Assembly (NCBI GenBank): GCA_963707635.1
Contig: OY970173.1
Span: 1,088,001-1,152,000 of the forward strand
Length of the DNA: 64,000 nucleotides
Reading direction: 5' to 3'
DNA from: Candidatus Latescibacterota bacterium
Lineage (GTDB): Bacteria; Krumholzibacteriota; Krumholzibacteriia; WVZY01; JAKEHA01
The notes under the pieces are model-generated. The model saw only the letters and a list, made by a program, of their open reading frames with translations. It ran no database searches and was not told where the DNA came from. The position numbers and the translations under genes are program-made. Shown here in pieces: positions 21,392-31,790 of this stretch (within the stretch, counting starts at the first letter, position 1; the number at the start of each line of letters is the position of its first letter).

Positions 21392-23929
21392 CTACCAGCG
21401 CTGGATTGTCACCTCTCCGATTTCGACTCCGCTGTACGAGTCGTCGTCGAAGAAATAGTCGCGCAGCCGCTGATTCGGCTGGTTGGCGACCCGGCGCATC
21501 TTCGCCTCCACGCGGTACCGTCCCGGCGCCATGTCGGTGGGCACGCGCACGCGCACCCCGTCCTGAACGATGTCCGTCGCGCTCCACTCGTCCGGCCCGA
21601 ACAACCCGCCCAGGATCATGTGGTCTTCGCGGAAGCGGTAGCGCTCGCGCTTCGCCTTCTCGACCAGTTTGCGCGTGACCTTGGGGAACGGCCGGCCCTC
21701 GAACGGCAGCGCGAGCTGTTTCCGGTCGAAACGCACCGTCACCACGTAAGTGCCGGGCGGGGGTGCGGTCACGCACGACCAGTAGAGATCCATCGCCAAC
21801 TCGCCGCCCGCCGGGATGATGCCGGCGCCGTGGAGCGTCGCCCCCAGCAGCGTCGCCTCGCCGGCGACGACGCCGATCGACGCCACGTTCGAGGGCAGCG
21901 CATCGACCACCGGCCGCGGCACGGGGCGCGGCAGCGTATTGAGCCGTTCTTCGGCGCGCCAGCGAAACGCGGTCAGCCCGTCGTCGAGCGATATCGTCTC
22001 GAACTCGTAGCGCAGCGATTCGAACGTCTCCTCGGCGTCTTCGGCGGCCGACGGCTCGAGCGTCCAGTAGTTGAGGATCAGCCCCGGGGGCAGCGCCTGG
22101 TTGATGACGACGTGCGTCACGCCGTTCTCCCGAATCAGGCGCTCCTTGTCACGCGGGCCGGTGTATGGGCTCACGATGTCGCGCGCGGCGTTCATGCGCT
22201 GCTCGACGTGGAGGTCGTTGGGCGGCGCGTGCTGGTCGAGCGTGCACACCACGTAGTAGGGCGTGAACGCGGACACGAGATAGGAGGTAACCGGGTCGCT
22301 GGCGATTACGGACCCGTGGGGCAGGGCGTTCGCCAGCTGGTAGAGCCCGCGCGCCCAGCGATCCGGACCCCGGCGCCGTTCGGCGTCGAGCGTCGCCGCC
22401 GAGAAGGCAGTGTGCCTGAACAGCGGCGCGGTGGTGATGACGATTGCCACCAGGGTAACCGCGAGCGCGAACCGAGCGCGAGGCGGGCGGACGGCCACCA
22501 GGAAGGCCGGGAGCAGGTAGAACGGAACCATGGCGTCGAGCCGGAACACGAGGTACTTGAGCACCGAATAGGCCGGCGTCAGCACGAAGGGAACCAGCTC
22601 GACCACGAGCAGGGTGACGAACGCGGCGATCGTGTAGCCGACGCCGGGCACCTCGCGCCGTCTCGCCCACAGCGGCCCGATGCAGATGACCGCCGCGACA
22701 CCGAGCGGTCCGAAGATGTGCCACAGCCGGATAGGATCGGCCACGAACCACCGGTCGGTGACGAACATCGCGGCTTGCACCTGTTCGTGCAGCGGGCTGG
22801 TCTGATACGCGGTCACGAACCGGTACAGCGCGAACGGCATCGCGCCGGCGACGGCGGCGAAGGCCACGCTCAGGGTGCGCTGGAGGTGCTCGCCCCAGCC
22901 CCGCAGCGGCGAGCACGGCTTCCAGACCACGAACACGCCGGCTGCCCCGCACACCAGCACGGCGTACTGCACGTGCACGGCGGTGGCGGCGAACGCGTAG
23001 GCGGCACACCAGCGGAGCGCCGCGGCGGGCCCGCGATTCACGTACTCCGCCGCGGTGGCGATGAACAGGAGCAGGAACGCCGCGCCGAACCGATTCGGGT
23101 AGAACGCCGTGCGCACCATCAGATCGCCCACGCGCCAGTCGGTTCCGACCAGGAAGAGCACCACCGCGATGGCGGCGGCGAGGCGGTGGCGCCGCAGCAT
23201 CGTCCGCGACGTCGTGTACACGACCAGCGTCATGACCAGCAGCAGAAAGGCTCCGTAGATCGCGAACGTGTCGATCGGAGACGCACCGGTGTGGCGCACG
23301 GTGAAGCCGTAGATCGCGTGCAGGAGCGCCTTGCGAAAATCCTCGCCGTCGGCGCCCGGGTTGGAGTAGATCGCGGTGGTCGGAAATGGATCCCCGGTGC
23401 GCGCGATCTCGGCGACGTAGCCAGCGTGGTCGATGGTGTCGTTCGAGATCTCGAGCGGAGGGCCGACGAGTGCGACTCCGATGACGGGCTGCACGATGAG
23501 CAGGGCCAGGACGACCAGCAAGCGCCGATCGCGGGCTCGAATCGGGGTGCGGAGCGCGTCGACGCGCGTGATATCGCGCCCGGGTGTCAGGACCATGAGG
23601 GCCAGAATCAGGATCGGGAGCGTGATGCGGAAGGCGTCGATGGACGCGCCGGTGAGCGCCCACGCGAAGGCGGTCACCAGCATGAACAGGAGGCCGTTGG
23701 CGAAGACGTGCGTGGCCCGTTCGAGCGGGTCGTCCGAGCGCTGTCCGGTGAGGCGCGAGATGGCGTAGCCGGGGAGCACCACGCAGAATACGAGCACGAT
23801 CGGAATGCCGATCCACGCCGACGCCCACGCCGGCAGCAGCGGTGAGAGCGCGTACGCGACCAGCGAAAGGGCGGCGAAGACCAGCAGTGGGCGACCCAGA
23901 ACCACGGTGAATCTCCTAACGTTTTGCAT
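21392..23929 (-). CDS. Large polytopic membrane protein, GT-C-like (putative lipid-linked glycan transferase)
   Basis: Many TM helices, LPGY motif, NDTIDH loop, soluble C-terminal domain; divergent from the GT operon. Confidence 0.6.
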   Translation of the reverse strand: MQNVRRFTVVLGRPLLVFAALSLVAYALSPLLPAWASAWIGIPIVLVFCVVLPGYAISRLTGQRSDDPLERATHVFANGLLFMLVTAFAWALTGASIDAFRITLPILILALMVLTPGRDITRVDALRTPIRARDRRLLVVLALLIVQPVIGVALVGPPLEISNDTIDHAGYVAEIARTGDPFPTTAIYSNPGADGEDFRKALLHAIYGFTVRHTGASPIDTFAIYGAFLLLVMTLVVYTTSRTMLRRHRLAAAIAVVLFLVGTDWRVGDLMVRTAFYPNRFGAAFLLLFIATAAEYVNRGPAAALRWCAAYAFAATAVHVQYAVLVCGAAGVFVVWKPCSPLRGWGEHLQRTLSVAFAAVAGAMPFALYRFVTAYQTSPLHEQVQAAMFVTDRWFVADPIRLWHIFGPLGVAAVICIGPLWARRREVPGVGYTIAAFVTLLVVELVPFVLTPAYSVLKYLVFRLDAMVPFYLLPAFLVAVRPPRARFALAVTLVAIVITTAPLFRHTAFSAATLDAERRRGPDRWARGLYQLANALPHGSVIASDPVTSYLVSAFTPYYVVCTLDQHAPPNDLHVEQRMNAARDIVSPYTGPRDKERLIRENGVTHVVINQALPPGLILNYWTLEPSAAEDAEETFESLRYEFETISLDDGLTAFRWRAEERLNTLPRPVPRPVVDALPSNVASIGVVAGEATLLGATLHGAGIIPAGGELAMDLYWSCVTAPPPGTYVVTVRFDRKQLALPFEGRPFPKVTRKLVEKAKRERYRFREDHMILGGLFGPDEWSATDIVQDGVRVRVPTDMAPGRYRVEAKMRRVANQPNQRLRDYFFDDDSYSGVEIGEVTIQRW

Positions 23930-23970
23930 TTATAGCAGATGGATCGCTATGCTAGAATAACAATCTGGCC

Positions 23971-25131
23971 ATGCCGTATCGCGTTTTAATCCTCGATACC
24001 GAGTTCGAGATGGGAGGGAAGGAGAAGAAGCTCTTCGACTTCATTCGCCGCACCGATCGGTCCCGTTTTGAAATCTCCGTCTGCTGTCTCAAGCGGGGGG
24101 GATACTTCAAGAGCAAGCTGGATTCACTGGGCGTGAGGTTCTACGACGGCATGCAGCGGCACCGATTCGACGCGCTGGCCTTCCGCGGCCTCGCGCGCGT
24201 GCTCCGCACCGAGCGCATCCAGCTCATCTACACCTTCGCGCATCCGGTCACGGTCATATTCGCCTATCTGGCGAAGCTCCGTCGGTTGACGGAGCGAACG
24301 GTGGTGTCGTTCCACGCGACCGGAAATCCGGAAGACGGCCGGCAGGCGCCCGTGTACCTGGTTCCGTTGCTTCGCCGCATGGATCTGATCCTCGCGGTGG
24401 CGGAGAGCCACAAGGAGTATCTGGTTCGGGTCGAAGGCCTGCCCCGCGACCGGATCCGCGTCATTCACAACGGCGTCGACACCGCGGCGTTCCGCCCGGC
24501 CGGCGACGCGGAACGGACGGAGATCCGGCGCGCGCTTGGACTCGCGGACGACGCGATCGTGTTCATCGCGGTGTCGTCGCTCAAGCCGTTGAAGCGACTC
24601 GACCTCCTGCTGAACGCGGCGGCGCCGACGCTGCGCCGGGAAAACGCCCGGCTCGTCATCGTGGGCCGGGGACCCGAGCACGACCGGCTGGTGCAGCTGG
24701 CGGAGGAGTTGAGGATCGCAGACCGCGTGCTCTTCACCGGGATGCGCGACGACGTCGAGACGGTGTTGCGCGCGGCGGACGCGCTGGTGCTGTCGTCGCG
24801 CACGGAGGCGTTTCCCAACGTCGTGCTGGAAGCGATGGCGACCGCCCTGCCCGTGATCACGACTGACGTCGGCAGCGTGCGCGAGATGGCGGTGCACGAG
24901 GAGAGCGCGCTGATCGTGCCGGCCGAGGACGAGAGCGCGCTCGGCGCCGCCATCCAACGCGTCGCGACCGACGCCGCGCTGCGTCGCGCGTTCGGGGCGC
25001 GCGGACGCGAGATCGTCGAGGCGCGTTTTCGCATCGAGACCATGTGCGCCGCGCGGGAAGCCCTGTTCGAGGAGCTGCTGTCGCCCGCCGCCGCGATGCG
25101 CGACCTTGCCGCCGGGGCGAAGCACGCATGA
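23971..25131 (+). CDS. GT4 glycosyltransferase
   Basis: IHNGVD, KRLD, EAFPNVVLEAMA...TDVG. Confidence 0.92.
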   Translation: MPYRVLILDTEFEMGGKEKKLFDFIRRTDRSRFEISVCCLKRGGYFKSKLDSLGVRFYDGMQRHRFDALAFRGLARVLRTERIQLIYTFAHPVTVIFAYLAKLRRLTERTVVSFHATGNPEDGRQAPVYLVPLLRRMDLILAVAESHKEYLVRVEGLPRDRIRVIHNGVDTAAFRPAGDAERTEIRRALGLADDAIVFIAVSSLKPLKRLDLLLNAAAPTLRRENARLVIVGRGPEHDRLVQLAEELRIADRVLFTGMRDDVETVLRAADALVLSSRTEAFPNVVLEAMATALPVITTDVGSVREMAVHEESALIVPAEDESALGAAIQRVATDAALRRAFGARGREIVEARFRIETMCAAREALFEELLSPAAAMRDLAAGAKHA

Positions 25132-26396
25132 ACGTCCTCAAGTTCGTATTCGGTCACCGCGGGGCGGCCAACCTGGTGCGGCGCAGCGCCCAGATTGCGA
25201 CTCGATTCGGGCCGACTCCTGAGCGCATGGGGGGGCGGTTCGAGCGCTTCATGGACATCCTGGACGAGTTCTCGATTCGGCCCACGTTTCCGATCACGGC
25301 GCTGCCGATGAGCCGCAACCCGGCGTTCGCGCACCGGCTGCTCGAGCGCGGCGCCGAGCTGGCGGTGCACGCGTGGTCGCATATCGACCTCTCGGCGCTG
25401 GATCTCGCCGGGCAGCGTGAGCACCTGGGGCGGGCCGTGGATCTGTTTCGAGAGTGTTCGGTGCCCTTCACGGGGTTTCGGGCACCTTACCTGCACTGGA
25501 ACGAAGACACCATGCGCGTCGTGGGCGAGTTTCAGTTCAGCTACAGCTCCAACCGCACCGTCTGGTGGAACGTGCTGGATGTGCCCGCGCTGACCGCGCG
25601 CCAGCGGGAGGGTATGGAGCGCGGGAAGTCGTTCTATCGCCCGGTTCCGGCCACGCAGTTCCGCGCGCTGCCGTTCCGCCGCAACGGGTTCGTCGAGATC
25701 CCCGTGTGCCTTCCCGACGACGAGATCCCGCTCGACCGCATGTACATCCGCGACGCGAACTACCTCGGCGCCATGTGGCGAAACATCCTGAAGCTCACCC
25801 ACGAGCGCGGGGAGCTGTTCACGCTGCAACTGCACCCGGAGCGGATCGACTTCTTCGCGGACGCGCTGCGCGGGCTGCTGGCGGACGCGCGCGCGCGCAC
25901 GCCCGCGGTCTGGATCGCGACCCTCGATGAGATCGCCGTGTGGTGGAAGGCGAAGGCGCACAACCGCGCGCAGTTCGTCCGCGACGGTGAACGCTTCCGG
26001 GTCGCGATCGAAGCCTGCCCCGGGACCGCCGTGTTCCTGCGCGAGAACGGCGTCGAGCGGGCCGTCGCTCCCGGGCCGCTGGTGGTCGACTCGGCGTTTC
26101 GGCCCAGCGTGGGCGTCTCCGCGGGCTCGAGCCGGGATGCCGTGGGGTTCCTCACCGACCTGGGCTACTTCGTCGAGGTCGGCGATCGCTCGGGCGGGTA
26201 CTCGGTGCACCTCGGCCTGGTCGACAGCTCCGACTACACGTCGATCGAGGCGTGCCGACGGGTGATCGAGGAATCGAAGCGGCCGCTGGTGAGGCTGGGC
26301 ACGTGGCCGGACGGGGCCCGGAGTGCGCTCGCGGTCACGGGCGACATCGACGCGCTCACCATCTGGGATTTCGTCGCGCGTTTTCGCGGGATGTAG
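25128..26396 (+). CDS. Polysaccharide deacetylase (CE4/NodB-like)
   Basis: ELAVHAWSH, GFRAPYL, FSYSS, VEIPV, LQLHPE; C-terminal WPDG...TGDID. Confidence 0.8.
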   Translation: MNVLKFVFGHRGAANLVRRSAQIATRFGPTPERMGGRFERFMDILDEFSIRPTFPITALPMSRNPAFAHRLLERGAELAVHAWSHIDLSALDLAGQREHLGRAVDLFRECSVPFTGFRAPYLHWNEDTMRVVGEFQFSYSSNRTVWWNVLDVPALTARQREGMERGKSFYRPVPATQFRALPFRRNGFVEIPVCLPDDEIPLDRMYIRDANYLGAMWRNILKLTHERGELFTLQLHPERIDFFADALRGLLADARARTPAVWIATLDEIAVWWKAKAHNRAQFVRDGERFRVAIEACPGTAVFLRENGVERAVAPGPLVVDSAFRPSVGVSAGSSRDAVGFLTDLGYFVEVGDRSGGYSVHLGLVDSSDYTSIEACRRVIEESKRPLVRLGTWPDGARSALAVTGDIDALTIWDFVARFRGM

Positions 26397-26406
26397 CAGC
26401 GCCTCC

Positions 26407-27486
26407 ATGTCACCCCGCATCGTCATCGTGTCCGAAGACCTCGTCGAACCCTGGGACGAGGGGATCAAGAAGTTCGCCTTCTCGATCGGCCGTGCGCTCG
26501 GCCGTGACCATCCCGTGCGCATGATCAACGTCGACCGCAGCGGATTCGCGGCGGCGCGCAACGGCGCCGCCGGGGGCGAGCCGACGATCCACACCGTCGC
26601 TGGCACGCGCACCTTCATGCAGCCGGCGCTGCGACACGCGGTGGCGACCTTCGAGCCGGAGGTGGTGCTCTATGTGCCGTCGCCGTCGTCGACCATTGCG
26701 AGTTTCCTACGCGCGTTCGCGCTGCGCCGCCACTGGCCGCGCGCACGCCACGGCATGGTGGCGCTGATTCCGCGCCGTCATTCCTCGCGGTTGAAACCGA
26801 TGCTGCGCGGCGCCGCGCCGGACGTGATCTTCGTGGCGTCATATTCATCTCTGCTCCACTTAAGCGACCTGGCACTGCGCGGGGACGTGGTCCCGGTCGG
26901 CGTCGACCTCGCGGTGTTTCGCCCCGCGCGCGACGGGGAGAAGGCAGCGCTCCGGCGCGCGCACGGCGTCCCGGCGGAGGCGTTCGTCTACCTGCACGTG
27001 GGGCACCTGAGCCCGAAGCGGAATCTGCCGGCGCTCGCGCGTCTCCAGCGCGAACCGGGCACGCAGGTCATCGTGATCGGGAGCACCAGCACGCCCGAAG
27101 ACGCGGCGCTGCGCGCGGAGCTCCAGGCCGCCGGCGTGCGCGTAATCCGCGAGTTCGTCCCGGTCGACGAGTTCTACCGGCTGGCGGACGTCTACGTGTT
27201 TCCGGTGATCGACAGCGAGGGCTGCGTCGAGATCCCGCTGTCGGTGATCGAGGCGCTCGCGAGCGGGTTGCCCGTCATCGCGCGGCCGTTCGGCGGGCTG
27301 CGCGACTTCGTGTCGCCCGGCGACGACGTCCGCTACTTCGAGGGCGAGGAGGAGATGGTCGCGCACGCCCGCGCGCTACAGCGCGGACCGCGTCCGCGCG
27401 TGCGCGACATGGGCGACTTCGCGTGGGGTCGTGTGGCGGAGCGGCTGGTCGCGCGCCTGCGCGGGGATGGGGCGCCGGCGGCATGA
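26407..27486 (+). CDS. GT4 glycosyltransferase
   Basis: DEGIKK, VPVGVD, HVGHL.PKRN, EIPLSVIEALASGLPV. Confidence 0.9.
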   Translation: MSPRIVIVSEDLVEPWDEGIKKFAFSIGRALGRDHPVRMINVDRSGFAAARNGAAGGEPTIHTVAGTRTFMQPALRHAVATFEPEVVLYVPSPSSTIASFLRAFALRRHWPRARHGMVALIPRRHSSRLKPMLRGAAPDVIFVASYSSLLHLSDLALRGDVVPVGVDLAVFRPARDGEKAALRRAHGVPAEAFVYLHVGHLSPKRNLPALARLQREPGTQVIVIGSTSTPEDAALRAELQAAGVRVIREFVPVDEFYRLADVYVFPVIDSEGCVEIPLSVIEALASGLPVIARPFGGLRDFVSPGDDVRYFEGEEEMVAHARALQRGPRPRVRDMGDFAWGRVAERLVARLRGDGAPAA

Positions 27487-29354
27487 GCGCGGTGCTCGAA
27501 CCGGTGACGCTCGCGCCCGCTCACGACCACGCGCTGCGGATCGCGGCGAGACTCGCGAATCCGTACGGGAGCGAGGAGCTCGCGCGGCACGACGCGGTGG
27601 CACTGCACGCGGCCGCTGTCCTGCTCGAGAAGCAGGGCGTGTCGTTCATCCCGCTCGCCGGGCGCTACGGAGTCGCACTCGACTCCACGCCGATGGGCGA
27701 ATTCGTGAAACGCGACCTGGCGCGCTATCGCATGCAGCGCGAGGAATACGAGCGGATCCGGCTTCGCTTCATCGCCGCGGGCGTGGAATCGATGGTGTTC
27801 AAGTCCACCGGCGCTGTCCCCGCCTTCCACTATCTCTCCAGCAACCTCGACATCCTCGTGCCGGCCGGCCGCGCCGGCGCCGCGCGCCGGGTCCTGGTCG
27901 ACCTCGGCTACGTCGAACTGGTGAATGTCGAAGAGCCGCGGAAGTTTCTGTTCCGGCGCTTCCCCGGCGACGGTTCGAGCTTCGCGTTCCACCTGCACGA
28001 GGTGGTCGGGTGGGGCGTGCCGTTTCTGGACAACGGCCTGGTGTGGGCGCACGCGCGGCATCCGGTCGACGACCCCGACATCCTGATCCCGGGACCCTCA
28101 GAAGCGCTGCTGGTGACCCTCGCGCACTGGTTCTACGAGGACAAGGCGCTTTCGCTGGGAAATCTGTTCCTCACCGCGCACGCCCTGCGCGGGCTGGGCC
28201 AGGCGCTCGCCGACTCCGCCGCGCACGCCCGGCTGCGCGGGTGGGAGGAAGGATTCTGGGGTGCCTTGTGCGTGTTCGAGGAAACATGGAAGCGGCTTTT
28301 CGACCAGGGCTTTCTGAGCGAGGAGCAACGCGCGGAGCTCAATCGCGCGCCGGCGCGCTACGCCGCGGTGCGGGCGAACATCCTGCCGCGGGTGCGCTAC
28401 CTCGAGAACGGGGTCGCCGCGGCGGTCCCCTTCAACGCGAACAAGGTGGCGTACTACCGCAAGGTGCTGCGTGACCGGGCCCGCAGCGGCGGACGCAAGC
28501 TGCTCGACGTGTACGACACGCTGCTGTGGGCGGTGCGCTGGAAGCTCCACGTTCGCAGCCAGCCAGCCGTGCTGATCAGCTTGAGCGGGTGCGACGGGGC
28601 GGGGAAGACGCTCCAGGCGGAGCGGCTGCGAAGTGTGTTCGACGCGTGCGACCTGCGCGTCACGTGCATCTGGGCGCGCGGCGCGTCGTCGCGCGGAGCG
28701 GGCGCCGTGCTGCGCGCGGGCACGGCCGTGCTCGGGCGCGGCAGTGCGGACAGCGAGAGCGACGTGCCGAACGCGTCGACCACGGGCGGCGAAGCGGGGC
28801 GTTCGCCGCGACGCAGCGAAGCCGATCGCTTCAACCAGCGGCAGCGGAAGCTGCGCCACCCGTTCGTGCGCTGGGTGTTCAGCCTGGTGTTCGCGGCCGA
28901 CCTCGGGTGGTCGTACGTGGTGCGCACGCGCGCGGCCATGGCTGCAGGGTATGTCGTGATATGCGATCGCTACATCTGTGACGCGCTCGTCGACTTCGCG
29001 CTATACACCGGCACCGATCCCTCCAACCCCCCGCTCGCGCTCAAGCTCCTGCACGGCCTCGTGCCGCGCCCGCACGCGGCGGTGCTGCTCGACGTCGACC
29101 CGGCGGAGGCGCTGCGGCGCAAGCCCGAGGAGGGCGGCACCGCGCACCTCGAGACCGCGCGCGCGATGTTCGTCGGCCTGGCCCAGGCACGGCGGATGAC
29201 GATCATGCCCGCGGGGGCCGCGGCGGACGACATCCAGCGCTCGCTCGCGCGGCAGGCGCTCGGCGCGTTCTACGAGCGGTACGGCACCGTGATCAACTGG
29301 CTTCTGCGCTCGAACCCGGACCAACTGAACCCCGGCGACCGCTCGGCGCGGTAG
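27483..29354 (+). CDS. Fusion of an uncharacterised nucleotidyltransferase (NTP_transf_5-like) and a thymidylate-kinase-like P-loop domain
   Basis: N-terminal FKS...SSNLDILVP...LGY...HLH; C-terminal SGCDGAGKT, CDRY, PRPH..VLLDVDP.EAL.RK. Confidence 0.75.
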   Translation: MSAVLEPVTLAPAHDHALRIAARLANPYGSEELARHDAVALHAAAVLLEKQGVSFIPLAGRYGVALDSTPMGEFVKRDLARYRMQREEYERIRLRFIAAGVESMVFKSTGAVPAFHYLSSNLDILVPAGRAGAARRVLVDLGYVELVNVEEPRKFLFRRFPGDGSSFAFHLHEVVGWGVPFLDNGLVWAHARHPVDDPDILIPGPSEALLVTLAHWFYEDKALSLGNLFLTAHALRGLGQALADSAAHARLRGWEEGFWGALCVFEETWKRLFDQGFLSEEQRAELNRAPARYAAVRANILPRVRYLENGVAAAVPFNANKVAYYRKVLRDRARSGGRKLLDVYDTLLWAVRWKLHVRSQPAVLISLSGCDGAGKTLQAERLRSVFDACDLRVTCIWARGASSRGAGAVLRAGTAVLGRGSADSESDVPNASTTGGEAGRSPRRSEADRFNQRQRKLRHPFVRWVFSLVFAADLGWSYVVRTRAAMAAGYVVICDRYICDALVDFALYTGTDPSNPPLALKLLHGLVPRPHAAVLLDVDPAEALRRKPEEGGTAHLETARAMFVGLAQARRMTIMPAGAAADDIQRSLARQALGAFYERYGTVINWLLRSNPDQLNPGDRSAR

Positions 29355-29365
29355 CGCCCACGAAT

Positions 29366-30373
29366 ATGCGCGTGCTCGTGTTCACCAACATGTACCCGAA
29401 TCCCGCGATGCCGTTCTTCGGCTCGTTCGTGCGGGACGAAGCCGAAGCGCTCCGGCGCGCCGGCGCGGAGGTGGACGTCTACTTCGTCAACGGACGCGCG
29501 CGCAAGCTGAACTACTTCGGCATGCCGTTTGGTTTCTACGCGCGCTTGCGGCGCGCGAGCTACGACGTGATTCACGTGCACCACTCGTTCTGCGGGCTGG
29601 TCGCCACGACGCAACGCCGGATTCCGGTGGTGTGGACGTTTCACGAGGGCGAGATCTCCGGTAACACCGCCGACGCGCTGCGCGAGCAGCCGATCAAGCG
29701 CATCGCCTACTCCAAGCGGATGAAGCGCTACGTGGCGCGGCGAGTGGACGCGGTGGTCGTGGTGGCGGAGCACCTGCGCGACCCGCTTGGCCGGCCGGAC
29801 GCGCTCTGGCTTCCGAGCGGGATCGACTGGGAGAGCTTCGCGCCCATGGACACCGCCGAGGCGCGACAGCGGCTCGGGCTCGCGGCGGGGAAGCGCTACG
29901 TGCTCTTTCCGGCCGCGCCGTCGCGGGTCGAGAAACGCTACGAGCTTGCGCGCCAGGCCGTAAACGTGCTCAAGGAAACCTGGCCCGGGGCCAGCGACGT
30001 GGAGTTGATCGCGCTCAACGACGTGCCGCACGAGCAGGTGCCCCTGTTCATGAACGCGAGCGAGCTGATGCTCATGACGTCGTCGTTCGAGGCCTCCCCG
30101 GTGACGGTCCGCGAGGCGCTGGCGTGCGACGTGCCCGTCATCTCCACCGACGTGGGCGACGCGCGGGTGGTGATCGACGGTATCGCGGGGTGCCGGATCG
30201 TGCCACCCGACCCCGCGACGATCGCCGACGCGCTGCGTGGGGCGCTGGCGGCTCCGCGCCGAGTGCAGTCGCGCGAGCGGATGCGCGTGTACTCGCTGGA
30301 AACGGTGGCGGCGGCGCTGCTCACCCTCTACGGCCGCGTGATCGAAAAGCACCGTCGGGGTCGGCGCGGATGA
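29366..30373 (+). CDS. GT4 glycosyltransferase (TuaC-like)
   Basis: MRVLVFTNMYP...GSFV, KRY.LA, EASPVTVREALACDVPVISTDVG. Confidence 0.9.
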   Translation: MRVLVFTNMYPNPAMPFFGSFVRDEAEALRRAGAEVDVYFVNGRARKLNYFGMPFGFYARLRRASYDVIHVHHSFCGLVATTQRRIPVVWTFHEGEISGNTADALREQPIKRIAYSKRMKRYVARRVDAVVVVAEHLRDPLGRPDALWLPSGIDWESFAPMDTAEARQRLGLAAGKRYVLFPAAPSRVEKRYELARQAVNVLKETWPGASDVELIALNDVPHEQVPLFMNASELMLMTSSFEASPVTVREALACDVPVISTDVGDARVVIDGIAGCRIVPPDPATIADALRGALAAPRRVQSRERMRVYSLETVAAALLTLYGRVIEKHRRGRRG

Positions 30374-31614
30374 GCCGGGGACCCGCGCCGTCGCCGGCGT
30401 CGACGCACGGCCGCGGCGCGGTCGCGATCGTCCGCCACTCGTTCTACCCGTCCGAATTGAACGTCAAGCGCGAGGCGGAGGCGCTGCGCGACGCCGGCTT
30501 CGAGGTCCACGTGGTCTGCCTGCGCAACCGCGGCGAGACCACGCGCGCCACCATCGATGGTATCGAGGTCTACCGGCTTCCCGTCGGCCACCGGCGCGGG
30601 CAGGTTCTGCGCTACCTGTGGGAGTACAACGCGTTCTTCGTGCTCGCGTCGGTCAAACTCGGGTCCCTCCACCGCCACCATCGGTTCGTGACGGTGCAGG
30701 TCAACACCATGCCCGACTACCTCGTATTCGCGGCGCTCTACCCCAAGCTGACCGGCGCCCGGGTGGTGCTCCACCTCCATGAACCCGTTCCCGAGTTGTT
30801 CCAGACCATGTTCCCGGATCGCTGGTACACACGCCCGTTCATCTGGTTGATCACGCGGGTCGAGCAAGTGTCGATCCGCTTCGCCAACGACGCCCTCACC
30901 GTTACCGAGCAGATGCGCACGAACTACGGCTCACGTGGGGCGGACGTGTCGAAAATCACCGTGGTCGTCAACGTGCCCGACGACCGCGACTTTCGGCTCG
31001 AGCGCTGGGCGCACCTGCGCGAACGAATCGCGGCCATCAAGGCCGAGGAGCGCGCGCGCGGGGTCTTTCGCGTGCTCACCCACGGGGCGATCGAGGAGCG
31101 CTACGGCTTCGACACCATCGTGCACGCGGTGGCGCGCGCGAGCGAACACGTGCCGAAGATCCAGTTCCGGTACATGGGGACGGGCGAGTACCTGCCCGAC
31201 GTGCACCGGATCGCGGAGACCCTCAACGTGACCGACCGGGTGATGCACCTGGGATTCCTGCCCTTCGAGCAGATGATCGAGGAGATCCTGCTGGCCGACG
31301 TATGCGTGGTCGCGGTGAAGAAGAATCCGTACTCGGTGCTCGTGCACACCAACAAGATGTATGAGTACATCGCGCTGGGACGGCCGGTGATCGCGTCGCG
31401 CCTGGATTCTGTGGCGGCTTACTTCACCGAGGAGGCGCTGACCTTCTTCGAGCCGGGAGACGACGAAGACCTGGCGCAGAAGCTACGATGGGCGGCGGAG
31501 AGCCCCGACGAAACGGCGCGCCGCGTCGACGCGGCCACCGCCGCGTACGCCGAGTACCGTTGGGAGCGCGAGCGGTGGCAGTACCTCGGCGTCCACGGCG
31601 TATCCCGGGCGTGA
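30370..31614 (+). CDS. GT4 glycosyltransferase
   Basis: VKREAEAL, TMPD, DLHE-like HLHE, NKMYEYIALGRPVI. Confidence 0.9.
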   Translation: MSRGPAPSPASTHGRGAVAIVRHSFYPSELNVKREAEALRDAGFEVHVVCLRNRGETTRATIDGIEVYRLPVGHRRGQVLRYLWEYNAFFVLASVKLGSLHRHHRFVTVQVNTMPDYLVFAALYPKLTGARVVLHLHEPVPELFQTMFPDRWYTRPFIWLITRVEQVSIRFANDALTVTEQMRTNYGSRGADVSKITVVVNVPDDRDFRLERWAHLRERIAAIKAEERARGVFRVLTHGAIEERYGFDTIVHAVARASEHVPKIQFRYMGTGEYLPDVHRIAETLNVTDRVMHLGFLPFEQMIEEILLADVCVVAVKKNPYSVLVHTNKMYEYIALGRPVIASRLDSVAAYFTEEALTFFEPGDDEDLAQKLRWAAESPDETARRVDAATAAYAEYRWERERWQYLGVHGVSRA

Positions 31615-31790
31615 GCGCGGTGCCATAGTCCGCTCGCGATGATCGCCGGAGGGCCTGAAATAGGCCGGCGTGGACCTCGCCGCGACGGGTTTTTGCTTGT
31701 CGAATCTTGGGGCCTCCCCCTACCATCCGCCTCGAATTGCGCCCTTGACCGGAGAAGGGGCGTCCGTATCGCTCGAACGGAGTGAGGCGA

